NCBI GenBank assembly: GCA_017619385.1
Contig: JAFZSM010000074.1
Location: 1 to 33,716 of the forward strand
Reading direction: 5' to 3'
Length of the DNA stretch: 33,716 nt
Source of the DNA: Bacillota bacterium
GTDB taxonomy: Bacteria > Bacillota > Clostridia > Peptostreptococcales > Anaerovoracaceae
In this document: piece by piece, positions 1 through 8,470 of the stretch
Layout: the number at the start of each line of letters is the position of its first letter
Position numbering within the stretch: the stretch's first letter is position 1
Notes under the pieces: generated by a model
Database searches by the model: none
What the model was told of the DNA's origin: nothing
The model's input: the letters and a program-made list of their open reading frames with translations, nothing else
Program-made: the position numbers and the translations under genes

Positions 1-1
1 C

Positions 2-511
2 GGCGGAATACAGCTTATGGAGCTTACCGACTACGATCTTCCGGTCGACCTGGCAAAACACATCTGCATGATGTCCAAAACCGACAAAGGAAAACTGATC
101 AGACAGTACTTTATCGACCTTGAAAAGGCGTGGAACTCTCCGGAGCAGGTATTGGCCAGAGCCTTAAAGCTGGCAGACCACACTATAGCAACCTTGAACA
201 CACGCATCGAGGAGATGCAACCGAAGGCAGATTACTTTGATGCCCTGGTAGATAAGAAGCTCAACCTGTCATTCAGGGATACAGCCAAGGAACTCGGAAT
301 AGGGGAAAAGAGATTCATTGAATGGCTGTCAGCTCACAGATACATCTACAGAGATCAGCGGAATGTAATTAAGCCGTATTCAGATAAGTTACAGAGAGGG
401 TTATTTGAACTGAAGGAATATAGCGCGAGGTATTCGGATCATGCCGGTACCCAGACGCTTATCACACCAAAAGGAAGGGAGACCTTCAGACTACTTCTTC
501 AGGGAGAATAA
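2..511 (+). CDS. Phage antirepressor, KilAC-type C-terminal domain (5' partial; frame is open to the window edge)
   Basis: The ORF is open from nt 2. The segment [36 protein letters not shown] resembles KilAC / phage antirepressor C-terminal domains. Stop TAA at 509-511. Confidence 0.6.
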   Translation, partial: GGIQLMELTDYDLPVDLAKHICMMSKTDKGKLIRQYFIDLEKAWNSPEQVLARALKLADHTIATLNTRIEEMQPKADYFDALVDKKLNLSFRDTAKELGIGEKRFIEWLSAHRYIYRDQRNVIKPYSDKLQRGLFELKEYSARYSDHAGTQTLITPKGRETFRLLLQGE

Positions 512-521
512 GGGAGGATTT

Positions 522-1088
522 ATGAAACAAAGTTGGAAAAACAATCTCATATCAGCATTTATCGGTATTATGATCGGCCTTCCGTGGGCACTGTATGCAG
601 GGGATGAGCAGGAAAAGAACCGCGAAAGGGAAGCTGAGATAAGAAGAGAGATCCACGAGGAGCAGATGATAGCTGAAGCAGAATTTATCCCTCTCGTGGC
701 AACGGAAACCGAAATCATCACAGAAGAACCAAAAGAAGAGCAAAAACCTCTATTCACGATCAGTGAAGAAGAATTCGAAATGATGGCACAGATTGTATGT
801 GCCGAAACCTACGCGGACGACATGGAAGGCAAGCAGTACGTGGCGGACGTGATTCTAAACAGGGTAGATGATCCTCGCTTTGATAATACAATCTCCGAGG
901 TCATATTAGCACCCGGTCAATTCTCTACAGCCAAGAGGCTCGGGGAAATTACCCCCTCCCCCCTCGATTACGGCTGTGTCATATCAGAACTCAACGATAG
1001 AAAGAATACAGAGATAATCTACTTCACCTGCACAGGATACATCGGAACCCCGTGCTTTGAGTGCGGCGGGAATTATTTCGGCAAATAG
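522..1088 (+). CDS. SleB-like cell wall hydrolase (Hydrolase_2 family) with N-terminal membrane anchor
   Basis: ATG at 522 lies 4 nt after the RBS AGGGAGGA (511-518). Hydrophobic N-terminus NLISAFIGIMIGLPWALYA. Motif AQIVCAETYADDMEGKQYVADVILNRVDDPRFDNTISEVILAPGQFS is typical of SleB-type hydrolases. Confidence 0.7.
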   Translation: MKQSWKNNLISAFIGIMIGLPWALYAGDEQEKNREREAEIRREIHEEQMIAEAEFIPLVATETEIITEEPKEEQKPLFTISEEEFEMMAQIVCAETYADDMEGKQYVADVILNRVDDPRFDNTISEVILAPGQFSTAKRLGEITPSPLDYGCVISELNDRKNTEIIYFTCTGYIGTPCFECGGNYFGK

Positions 1089-1102
1089 GGAGGAGAAGAG
1101 GC

Positions 1103-1480
1103 ATGAAAAAAAAGACAGTGTACATCGCCGGACCCGTGACCAACGATCCGGATTACAAATGGAAATTTGCGCGGGCGCAATCAAAGCTCGAACGGAGAGG
1201 CTACAAGGTAGTTAATCCTGTGAGCCTGGCAGCAGCTCTCCCGGACACCTTCACATGGAAGCAGATCATGGAGGTATGCTTAGCAGCACTCTCACAGGTG
1301 GATGAAGCCTATTTCCTTGAAGGATGGGAAGCGAGCACCGGAGCAACCATTGAATTTGAATCCATAAGAGGAAGGATCCCGGTTAAGTACGAGAAGCCAA
1401 AGCCAAGAACAGAAAGCTTTCATATAGAGATACCTGAGTTCTTAAAGAATTTCGGAAAGGACAGAGAAGATGAAGGTTAA
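1103..1480 (+). CDS. DUF4406 / nucleoside 2-deoxyribosyltransferase-like protein
   Basis: RBS GGAGGAG lies upstream of ATG 1103. N-terminus KTVYIAGPVTNDPDYKWKFARAQSKLERRGYKVVNPV matches the DUF4406 pattern (YIAGP..G....N...F......L...G..V.NP). Confidence 0.55.
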   Translation: MKKKTVYIAGPVTNDPDYKWKFARAQSKLERRGYKVVNPVSLAAALPDTFTWKQIMEVCLAALSQVDEAYFLEGWEASTGATIEFESIRGRIPVKYEKPKPRTESFHIEIPEFLKNFGKDREDEG

Positions 1481-1739
1481 TGTATGTGACTTCTGCGGAG
1501 AACCAATCCAGGGAGATCCGATAAAGATAATCCCGTACTTCCAAAAGGAAGGCTTCATGGAGACGATATGCATTCCCTGGGCCGAACAGGTGAACAGGAT
1601 ATATTGCAGAAAATGTACCGCCGAGCTCATATCACTTATGCGGATGCCGGTGGAAACCATGAAGAGACTGCAAGAAGCGGAAGCCAAGGAAAAATCGGAG
1701 GAAACCGCAACAGCGGCAGCAGTTTCTTCTTATATATAG
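1470..1739 (+). CDS. Small Cys-containing hypothetical protein (possible zinc ribbon)
   Basis: Its start overlaps the end of the upstream gene. CDFCG...CRKC spacing suggests a 4-Cys zinc ribbon. No family recognised. Confidence 0.4.
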   Translation: MKVNVCDFCGEPIQGDPIKIIPYFQKEGFMETICIPWAEQVNRIYCRKCTAELISLMRMPVETMKRLQEAEAKEKSEETATAAAVSSYI

Positions 1740-1830
1740 AAGGGAGGGCGGATATGAGAATAAGATCACCAGATTGAAATCTATTCGGTCTCTGGCAAAG
1801 CAAGGATAAATATATCACGGAAAAGGAAAA

Positions 1831-1848
1831 GGGAGGCGCCCGCCTCCC
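1831..1848. promoter_or_regulatory. GC-rich hairpin GGGAGGC-GCCC-GCCTCCC in the 257-nt intergenic region upstream of the Rep gene
   Basis: Perfect 7-bp stem with a 4-nt loop. It is preceded by an A-rich tract and has no downstream T tract, so it is not a canonical + strand terminator. Confidence 0.4.
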
Positions 1849-1877
1849 TGATCCGAAGATACTATGTAAACTAACAC

Positions 1878-1915
1878 AGATATAGTATCACATATCTTTC
1901 AAAGATACAAGATAT
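1878..1915. promoter_or_regulatory. Cluster of AGATA(T) iteron-like repeats, including the 15-nt palindrome TATCTTTCAAAGATA (1893-1907); candidate origin or operator
   Basis: AGATAT at 1878-1883, inverted ATATCT at 1892-1897, AAAGATA at 1901-1907 and AAGATAT at 1909-1915. The cluster lies about 80 nt upstream of the HUH Rep start. Confidence 0.35.
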
Positions 1916-1996
1916 TGTTATCCGGCAGCAGGCGCGGGAGCGCTTTAGTGACTCGATAAAGTTATTATCTTATCGTCCGGAAAGGATTTTACATAT

Positions 1997-2755
1997 ATGC
2001 CATACATAGAAGAGAGATGTAAGGCTGGGAGAACGGTAGAGGTAGTTAAGTATTATTCCTACCACTATGGCAAGCACTGGGTAAGAGGGGAGTACAAGGC
2101 TCCCTCAAAGGAGGCAGTAAAGAAAGCCAACAAGAAGCAGGCGGTAAAGAAGTTAAGGAGACTGCTCAATGCGAACTTCAAAGATGGAGAGGATTGCCTG
2201 ATCACATGCACCTTCAGACCTGAAGACAGGCCGCAGTCCTATCAGGAGCTCCTAAAGATAGCACAGCTATTTGTGAGGAGACTGAGGAAAGAGTATAAGT
2301 CCTATAACTATCCCCTGAAGTACGTGTATGTCCTGGAAAAGGGAAAAGGAAGGAAAGGGGACGGGTCAGACGGAGCCCTACACATACACATGGTGGTCTC
2401 ATGGAATCATGCTCTTATCTTTGCCAAGTGCTGGACATGGGGCTTCCCTCCGAAGGTGGAGATCTTAGGGAGCGACGGTCAATATTCCAAGATAGCAGAG
2501 TACTTCATGAAATACTCGAACAGTACGGAGAAGGTAGTAGAGGAACAGGGAGAGAAAGTAGGCAAGGCCTGGTACCCATCAAAGAACCTGATCCATCCGG
2601 AACCGGAAAAGAAAGTAGTTTACTCCAACAAGTTCCGGGAAAAGCCAAGAGTACCAAAAGGCTACAGACTGGATCCTGACTCCGAGTACAGCGGAATATC
2701 AGAACTTACCGGGATGCCGTTCTACGGCTACACAATAATCAAGATGAGGTGTTGA
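1997..2755 (+). CDS. HUH-superfamily rolling-circle replication initiator (Rep)-like protein
   Basis: Three RCR motifs occur in canonical order: CLITCTF (motif 1, FuTuT-like), ALHIHMVV (HUH motif 2) and AEYFMKYSNS (motif 3, YxxK / ExxxKY). Confidence 0.6.
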   Translation: MPYIEERCKAGRTVEVVKYYSYHYGKHWVRGEYKAPSKEAVKKANKKQAVKKLRRLLNANFKDGEDCLITCTFRPEDRPQSYQELLKIAQLFVRRLRKEYKSYNYPLKYVYVLEKGKGRKGDGSDGALHIHMVVSWNHALIFAKCWTWGFPPKVEILGSDGQYSKIAEYFMKYSNSTEKVVEEQGEKVGKAWYPSKNLIHPEPEKKVVYSNKFREKPRVPKGYRLDPDSEYSGISELTGMPFYGYTIIKMRC

Positions 2756-2757
2756 AG

Positions 2758-3165
2758 ATGCGAGTTGATGCCTATATAGCAACAGACATAAAAGGACCGA
2801 GAAAGAGGAGAGGTATAGCAGTAGGAGCTCTGTCCTGTGTCGTAAACGGAGAAACAAAGTGGGCTCCGGAAGGAATAGGAGTAACAGGCGGAGACAGGCT
2901 GGCAGAAATAACAGCATTGCACATTACCATGAAGCGCCTCTTTCCGAACAAGGGATCCGATGTGTATGTACACACGAGTTCCGGATATCTTACTCACGGG
3001 TTATACAGTATCCACACATGGGAGTCTTCAGGGTGGAAAAGAAAAGACGGAAAGCCCATAGCTCATGTGGAGTACTGGAAAGAAATAGCCAATCATTTAC
3101 ACGGTAACCATATCTCTGTCTTGCCGGAAGATCCGGAAGCAACCGAGAGGCTGCTTACAGAGTAG
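2758..3165 (+). CDS. RNase HI-like protein, apparently lacking two of the four catalytic carboxylates
   Basis: RBS GAGGTG lies 6 nt upstream of ATG 2758. VDAYIATD, RLAEITALH and HTSSGYLTHGLYSIHTWESSGWKRKDGKPIAHVEYWKEI align by eye to E. coli RnhA (FTDGS / NRMELMA / STDSQYV..W..RGWKTADKKPVKNVDLW). Confidence 0.6.
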   Translation: MRVDAYIATDIKGPRKRRGIAVGALSCVVNGETKWAPEGIGVTGGDRLAEITALHITMKRLFPNKGSDVYVHTSSGYLTHGLYSIHTWESSGWKRKDGKPIAHVEYWKEIANHLHGNHISVLPEDPEATERLLTE

Positions 3166-3207
3166 CATCACCCGCAAGGGTGCTCATTCAACGAAAGGAG
3201 AATGTTT

Positions 3208-3690
3208 ATGTTTGAGAAGTTTGGAAACATGACAACAGAAGAATTGAATAAGGCGGCAGCAGGCCTGAAGGAAGAGGGAGACATCCAGTCTTTGAAGACT
3301 CTCGCTCTTGAGAACGGCCTTGATGAGATGGACGCAGAGGATTATGCCGACGGACTCACAGAAGAGTTTGCATCTCCACTCATGGCAGCTCTGGGAAAGT
3401 TAAAGGTCGAGGAAGAAGCCTTGAAGCCGGAAGGGATACTGAATGACTGGATAGGCTATATCCGCTTCCAGGTATCACAGGATCCCGATATGCAGATTGC
3501 GGTCAGAGAAAATAACAAGACCCTTGCCGGATGCATCGGAGCAATCCTTAAGTGGGCTTTCGCTAATCAGTGGACTGTCCCCCAGGAGATCATAAAGGCA
3601 GCAGGCGTGAGTGCATCAAGAGTAACCCTCGGAGAGCCCGATATGAGACAGGCAAAATCTATCATCGCAGAGTACTACGGAGGTAGATAA
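3208..3690 (+). CDS. Hypothetical acidic protein; possibly PcfK-like, based mainly on its position directly upstream of a PcfJ-like gene
   Basis: AGGAG at 3196-3200 is best spaced for ATG 3208 (ATG 3202 is also in frame). Its stop abuts the next gene. Family assignment is tentative. Confidence 0.35.
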   Translation: MFEKFGNMTTEELNKAAAGLKEEGDIQSLKTLALENGLDEMDAEDYADGLTEEFASPLMAALGKLKVEEEALKPEGILNDWIGYIRFQVSQDPDMQIAVRENNKTLAGCIGAILKWAFANQWTVPQEIIKAAGVSASRVTLGEPDMRQAKSIIAEYYGGR

Positions 3691-5277
3691 ATGGACAACA
3701 TGGAACTAAAACCCGTTAAGGGTCTCGAAGAGTACGCCAGAAAACAGTTCACACACAATCATTTTATATATTACAGCCGTAAGGGAGCTTATGCGGAATG
3801 CCATTGCGCAGAATGCGGAAAGAGATATGTGCTCAGAGCTATCGAAACAGAGGATCCTTTTAAGGACATGGCATTGGATATCGAGAAGCCACAGAGAGAC
3901 ATGCCGACAGTATGCCGGGAATGCAAAATAAAAGCTATCTACAAACCCGCCAAACATACAAAAAGTGAGTACAGTTTTGGCAGAGTGTGTGTCGGCCAAA
4001 AAATAGACGATGAGCGTTTTGTCTTTAGAATCTACTACGTAACCCAACAGACAAGGCAAGGGCAGGATACATACTACAGCAGCACAGAAGATCACCGTAT
4101 ATTCCTCGAAAAAGGGCAAAAGCCGTCACGATACGATAATTACGGCACGAAATGGCATCAGAGCTGTGTGGGTGAAAACTGGTATTACATCGTATTTCCG
4201 AAGACATATAAAGAGATAGCAAAGACGGGGATGTTTAAGCATGTCCCTGTGGTCCCGTCCATCATGAATCACTGGAGAGATGATTGTGGGCTCATTTATT
4301 ACTATATTGCAGCTGCACGATATCCGGACTTTGAGATGATCATCAAAATAGGTCTCACAGAATACGCCGACAATCTGGTCAGAAAAATTCCGGTCAATCC
4401 CAATCCGAGAGGAAAGAAGGTAGAAGACAGACTCAGGATAAACAAAGACAGGCTCAAAAGTCTGATTGAGCAGAAAGGCGATAAGAAAACCCTCGAACTT
4501 TATCAGCTCGAAAGAAGACTTAAAGCCCACTGGACAGAAGAAGAACTTGAGATAATCAAAGCCCTTAAAGAGGCCACATACTCAACCGACTGGGAGAAAG
4601 CATCAAAGGCCTTAAAGTATATATCTCCGGTCCGCATGAGAAACTACATGAAGAAGCAGAAGATGTGGATGCCGGGAGAAAAAGCCACATGGCAGGAAAG
4701 GAACCGCCGCCAAGATCTCAGAAGAGAGTATTACGATTACATCTCCATGAGGATAAACGAAGGATATGATATGACAAGCGATGTAATCCTTTTCCCGTCA
4801 GACTTCAGAAGACGCAGGGACGAGATGATTTTAATGGTCGAAAAAGCCAAGATGGACAAGAGAAAGACAGAAGTGCTTGAGAGATTCCCTAAAATCAAAA
4901 CGAAGTACAAAAAGCTGTCAGAAAAGTATTCAGCGGCAGCAGGCGGTTACATCATCAGACCGGCCAAAGATGCAGCCGAGATCGTTGAGGAAGGAAGGAT
5001 ATTGCATCACTGTGTCGGCGGTGACGGATATCTAAGGAGCCATAACGACGGAAGAAGCTTTATCCTCTTCCTGAGAGAGATGAACAAGAAAGACATTCCG
5101 TTTATCACAGTAGAGATCAGGGACAAAGAAATCATTCAGTGGTACGGAGCCTACGATCAGAAGCCCAAAGCAAAACTGATTAACGCATGGCTTAAGACAT
5201 ATACAAAAGAGCTCTCCAAAAGAAAAAGAGAGACCAAAACCATAACAGCAAAGCCAAAAGCCGCAAAGACAGCATAA
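3691..5277 (+). CDS. PcfJ-like protein
   Basis: C-terminal block ILHHCVGGDGYLRSHNDGRSFILFLR....PFITVEI...IIQWYGAYDQKP resembles the PcfJ domain signature. There is also an N-terminal Cys cluster CHCAECG...CRECK. Confidence 0.55.
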   Translation: MDNMELKPVKGLEEYARKQFTHNHFIYYSRKGAYAECHCAECGKRYVLRAIETEDPFKDMALDIEKPQRDMPTVCRECKIKAIYKPAKHTKSEYSFGRVCVGQKIDDERFVFRIYYVTQQTRQGQDTYYSSTEDHRIFLEKGQKPSRYDNYGTKWHQSCVGENWYYIVFPKTYKEIAKTGMFKHVPVVPSIMNHWRDDCGLIYYYIAAARYPDFEMIIKIGLTEYADNLVRKIPVNPNPRGKKVEDRLRINKDRLKSLIEQKGDKKTLELYQLERRLKAHWTEEELEIIKALKEATYSTDWEKASKALKYISPVRMRNYMKKQKMWMPGEKATWQERNRRQDLRREYYDYISMRINEGYDMTSDVILFPSDFRRRRDEMILMVEKAKMDKRKTEVLERFPKIKTKYKKLSEKYSAAAGGYIIRPAKDAAEIVEEGRILHHCVGGDGYLRSHNDGRSFILFLREMNKKDIPFITVEIRDKEIIQWYGAYDQKPKAKLINAWLKTYTKELSKRKRETKTITAKPKAAKTA

Positions 5278-5294
5278 ACGAAAGGAGCAAAAGC

Positions 5295-6551
5295 ATGTAC
5301 GAAATAACAGAACAGCCCTTTGAGACCTACGAGGCCTACAAGAACACGATGGATCAGGCGGTAGGGGCTACGGTCCAGAACATAGTCAAGATCGGATACC
5401 TCTTAAAGGTTGCCCGTGACACCGGTATCCTTCAGGAGTCCGGCTACACAACCATGAGAGACTTTGCACAGGCAGAATACAACATTGACGCATCCACAGC
5501 ATCACGCTTTATCGGGATCAATGACAGATATTCCCTGGGTGGCAATTCCATGATGCTGGATGAGAAGTACACAGGCTTTGAGACATCAAAGCTCGCAGAG
5601 ATGCTTACTCTCCCGGATTCAATCATCGAGGAAATCCCTCCGGAAATGAAGAGGGGTGAGATCAGAGAAATCAAGTCCCAGCTGAAGGGAGAAGAGAAGA
5701 CCTCAGACATGGAAGTCCTGATAGAAAAGTGCGAGACCGCCCCGACAGGAGATTCCGATCTGGCAGCAGTCTTAAGACAGACACTTGAAGAGAACTATGA
5801 GATGTTCAAGGAGGTCGACAAGCTCGTATACGACGGATGCAAGCACGAAGAACTCTATGAGGCACTTGCTCCGGCAGGATATGCAGCTCTTATCGGCAGG
5901 ATTCCCGGCAAGGGAAGAATGATGCTCTCCATCAAGTCTCAGAGCGAGACTCCCGTTCTCATCAACATCAGAACAAATGAGAAAGAGGAGTGTTCCTGGG
6001 ATCAGATATTCGACGAACTCGATTATTTCATCAAGTACCCGAGCGATACTCCGGATCCTGTGGCGGATTACAAAGAGACATTCAGTCACGCTCCGAAGGT
6101 GGAAGAGAAGAAGACTTCCGCAGTGACGGTATCTGAAAAAGCAAAGCCCAAAACGGACAAAAAACCGCAAAAAGCGAACGAAAAACCTCAAAAAGCGTAC
6201 GAAGAAGAGCCAAAAACGGAAGAATTATCAGAGAAATCGGAAGAACCGGAAGAGACAGCAGGCGAGGAAGTACCTTACCCGGATGGAGAAGACCCCGATA
6301 TCACACATGTGTCTCCCGATGACCCTCTCCCGGAAGAAGACTCCGGGGCAGCAGGCGTAGAAGAGGAAATTGCGCCGGCGCAACCCGAAACGGAGCACAG
6401 GGAGCTGACATCATTCCAGAAGCAGGTCATTGATAAGCTGAAACTGGTTGAGAGCATCATCGCAGGCATGGAGACCACAAAAGAGAACTGGAACAAGGTC
6501 AACGATATGCTCCGGGACACCATAACACTTATAAACAAGTCAACATTCTAG
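5295..6551 (+). CDS. Hypothetical protein with a globular N-terminal domain and an acidic Lys/Glu/Pro-rich low-complexity linker
   Basis: Long ORF with RBS AAAGGAG. The low-complexity segment is KPKTDKKPQKANEKPQKAYEEEPKTEELSEKSEEPEE. No family recognised. Confidence 0.5.
   Translation: MYEITEQPFETYEAYKNTMDQAVGATVQNIVKIGYLLKVARDTGILQESGYTTMRDFAQAEYNIDASTASRFIGINDRYSLGGNSMMLDEKYTGFETSKLAEMLTLPDSIIEEIPPEMKRGEIREIKSQLKGEEKTSDMEVLIEKCETAPTGDSDLAAVLRQTLEENYEMFKEVDKLVYDGCKHEELYEALAPAGYAALIGRIPGKGRMMLSIKSQSETPVLINIRTNEKEECSWDQIFDELDYFIKYPSDTPDPVADYKETFSHAPKVEEKKTSAVTVSEKAKPKTDKKPQKANEKPQKAYEEEPKTEELSEKSEEPEETAGEEVPYPDGEDPDITHVSPDDPLPEEDSGAAGVEEEIAPAQPETEHRELTSFQKQVIDKLKLVESIIAGMETTKENWNKVNDMLRDTITLINKSTF
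6162..6203 (+). repeat. In-frame 21-nt tandem duplication (KPQKANE / KPQKAYE)
   Basis: AAACCGCAAAAAGCGAACGAA is followed directly by AAACCTCAAAAAGCGTACGAA, with 19/21 identity. Confidence 0.8.
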
Positions 6552-6560
6552 GAGGAGAAC

Positions 6561-6983
6561 ATGAAAAACATCGGATATTGCAAGTTCTGCGGTAATTCAA
6601 GGATGGTCATGGAGAGCGAGGGCATGACAGAGGAGGACCTGAACAATCAGGCCACCCTCGAATGTGATTGCGAAGGAGCCAAGGCGGAAAGAGAGGTACA
6701 GTACCTCGTATCCACCGGCAAGGCATCGCTCAATTTGATCGTGGCCAAGAAGTCAAAGAAGACAGCCGAGGCTCTTGTCCCATTCGTGGAGCTTATCGCA
6801 AGAGGCAGAATCAAGAAGATATCAATCAATTTTGACGGCATTACAACAGCCAGCATGTACACGACATCTTCCGGTAAGAAGATCGCCGTGGAGACCCGCG
6901 AGACAGTAACCGAATACGCCGACGGGGAGACAGTGGATCTGCTTCCGCCCGATGAGGACGGTGGCAGAACAGAACATGAGTAA
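6561..6983 (+). CDS. Hypothetical protein with N-terminal Cys motifs (CKFCG...CDCEG)
   Basis: ORF with RBS GGAGGAG. No family recognised. Confidence 0.45.
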   Translation: MKNIGYCKFCGNSRMVMESEGMTEEDLNNQATLECDCEGAKAEREVQYLVSTGKASLNLIVAKKSKKTAEALVPFVELIARGRIKKISINFDGITTASMYTTSSGKKIAVETRETVTEYADGETVDLLPPDEDGGRTEHE

Positions 6984-7299
6984 GTCCATATTACACAACA
7001 AGAGCGAAGGAACATGCTTTATCTGTTCGAGATTCCTTGGGGACTATTCCCCAAGGACGAACAGAGACGAACACCACGTATTCGGAGGACCGAACAGGAA
7101 GAAGTCGGAACATTACGGCCTGAAGGTGTATTTATGCCAGGCACACCACGAAGGCGATATAAACGGCTCAAAGGAAGCCGTACACAGACCGGATCAGAAT
7201 AATTACGCCGAGAGGCTTCACATTCTGGCACAACAGGAATTTGAGAAACGATACTCTCATGAGGAGTTCATGAGAGAGTTTGGCAGAAACTATCTGTAG
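6976..7299 (+). CDS. HNH / zinc-finger nuclease-like protein, reminiscent of RecA-dependent (Ref-like) nucleases
   Basis: ATG 6976 overlaps the upstream stop codon. Motif CFIC....(E)HHVFGGPNRKKSEHYGLKVYLCQAHHEG has a CxxC...HH...N...CxxHH arrangement. Confidence 0.45.
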   Translation: MSKSILHNKSEGTCFICSRFLGDYSPRTNRDEHHVFGGPNRKKSEHYGLKVYLCQAHHEGDINGSKEAVHRPDQNNYAERLHILAQQEFEKRYSHEEFMREFGRNYL

Positions 7300-7311
7300 G
7301 GAGGATATGAT

Positions 7312-7746
7312 ATGTCCGCAAGGGAATTGTTTGAAAACATAAGATCAGAGCGTCGGGAGCTCCAAGAACTGAACGACCGCATAGAAGTGATTATGAGCAG
7401 GGCCGGTGTTAAGACTATCCTTCCACAGCCCGTTATAGTTCACACCAACAAGACAGGATCCGTGCTTGAGGACGCGGTTATAGAGGCGGCAGAGCTGACC
7501 GAGGAGCTGGAAAAGCGAAGAAGAGTTCTCTTACAGAACATCAATACGGCTGATCAGGTAATAGCTCAGATCAGATGCTCAGAGTACCGCAGGGTACTGG
7601 CAGCCTACTACCTGACAGGAGATAGACGGGTACGCATGGAGGATGTAGCCCGTAAGATACCCTGTGGAGAGGCTACAGCGTGGCGATACTTCCGCAAGGG
7701 AATGAAGGTAGCAGAAGAGATATATTCAAAAAGTGATAGAAAGTGA
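7312..7746 (+). CDS. Sigma-70 region-4-like (RinA/ArpU-type) transcriptional regulator; candidate late-gene activator
   Basis: C-terminal HTH-like segment YRRVLAAYYLTGDRRVRMEDVARKIPCGEATAWRYFRKGMKVA. It is positioned immediately upstream of the packaging genes, as phage late activators are. Confidence 0.45.
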   Translation: MSARELFENIRSERRELQELNDRIEVIMSRAGVKTILPQPVIVHTNKTGSVLEDAVIEAAELTEELEKRRRVLLQNINTADQVIAQIRCSEYRRVLAAYYLTGDRRVRMEDVARKIPCGEATAWRYFRKGMKVAEEIYSKSDRK

Positions 7747-7789
7747 TAGAGAATGTTATGTTAATATGCTATCGGGAAGGTAGATTACA

Positions 7790-7821
7790 AAAGACCCCCG
7801 GGTGTCCGAAAGACCCCCGGG
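7790..7821. repeat. Direct repeat AAAGACCCCCGGG x2 with a 19-nt period, followed by a T tract; may fold as a terminator-like hairpin
   Basis: Copies at 7790-7802 and 7809-7821. The AAAGACCCC of copy 1 can pair with GGGGTTTT at 7819-7826. Confidence 0.5.
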
Positions 7822-7839
7822 GTTTTGTATTGCCCGGAT

Positions 7840-8017
7840 ATACCCCCATATATTCAATACCCTCCCCCTCCTCCCATATACCGCAGGGGTAGTGATTACC
7901 CCCGCCCCTGCGAATACCGTAGCCCCACAGTGCACGGCATACGAGGAGAGAGAACAGGAAAGGAACTGAGGAAGTGGCAGCGGTTTTATTTAACCCCGCC
8001 CCCCTCTGAAAGATACC
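7840..8017 (+). promoter_or_regulatory. C-rich non-coding tract with repeated ATACC motifs; candidate late promoter/activator sites or packaging-recognition region
   Basis: ATACC at 7840, 7857, 7878, 7914 and 8013, plus ATTACC at 7895. The only ORF across it (7825 onward) would give an implausible Pro-rich N-terminus. Confidence 0.3.
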
Positions 8018-8022
8018 CAGGC

Positions 8023-8367
8023 ATGAGACAGAAGCGCCCCGATCATGAAGGCCCCCAGCGGTCATCGTTCGAGAAGAACAAGAAGAAGATATTATTGTCA
8101 CAGGATGTGTGTGGAATATGTGGCAAACCAGTGAACAAGAAGCTCAAGTATCCTGATCCGATGAGCGCTTGCATTGATCATATTATTCCGATTGATCGTG
8201 GTGGAGATCCATCAGCGATAGAGAACTTACAGCTTGCTCATCTGTCATGCAACAGACAGAAGAGTGATAAGATTCTTCAGTCAGTCAAAGATGAACCACA
8301 AAAGAAGGCTAACAACCGGGATCTTCCGTTGAGCTTTGATTGGGCAAATTACAAGGCGGCTGATTGA
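8023..8367 (+). CDS. HNH endonuclease (packaging-associated type)
   Basis: CGICGKPV....DHIIPIDRGGDPSAIENLQLAHLSCNRQKSDK is a canonical HNH motif. The internal ATG 8023 gives a phage-typical 114-aa protein. Confidence 0.85.
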   Translation: MRQKRPDHEGPQRSSFEKNKKKILLSQDVCGICGKPVNKKLKYPDPMSACIDHIIPIDRGGDPSAIENLQLAHLSCNRQKSDKILQSVKDEPQKKANNRDLPLSFDWANYKAAD

Positions 8368-8444
8368 ATTTCAGGAACCGGGGGAGGGTGACCCGCCCGC
8401 CGGCTGCTCTGACGTCCACGCCGTCACTGTACAAAAAAACACAC

Positions 8445-8470
8445 CTCGCGCGCGAGAATATTTTTTTTGA
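8445..8470. promoter_or_regulatory. 12-nt perfect palindrome CTCGCGCGCGAG followed by a T8 tract, in the HNH-TerS intergenic region
   Basis: Read directly from the sequence. It lies in the GC-rich 124-nt spacer 8368-8491 (GGGGGAGGGTGACCCGCCCGCCGGC), where cos sites sit in HNH-dependent cos phages. Confidence 0.35.

Noticed and set aside
7825-8022. N-terminal extension of the HNH ORF (MYCPDIPPYIQYPPPPPIYRRG...)
   Set aside because: The Pro-rich text comes from the C-rich non-coding tract. The HNH domain begins after the internal ATG 8023, which gives a phage-typical ~114-aa protein.
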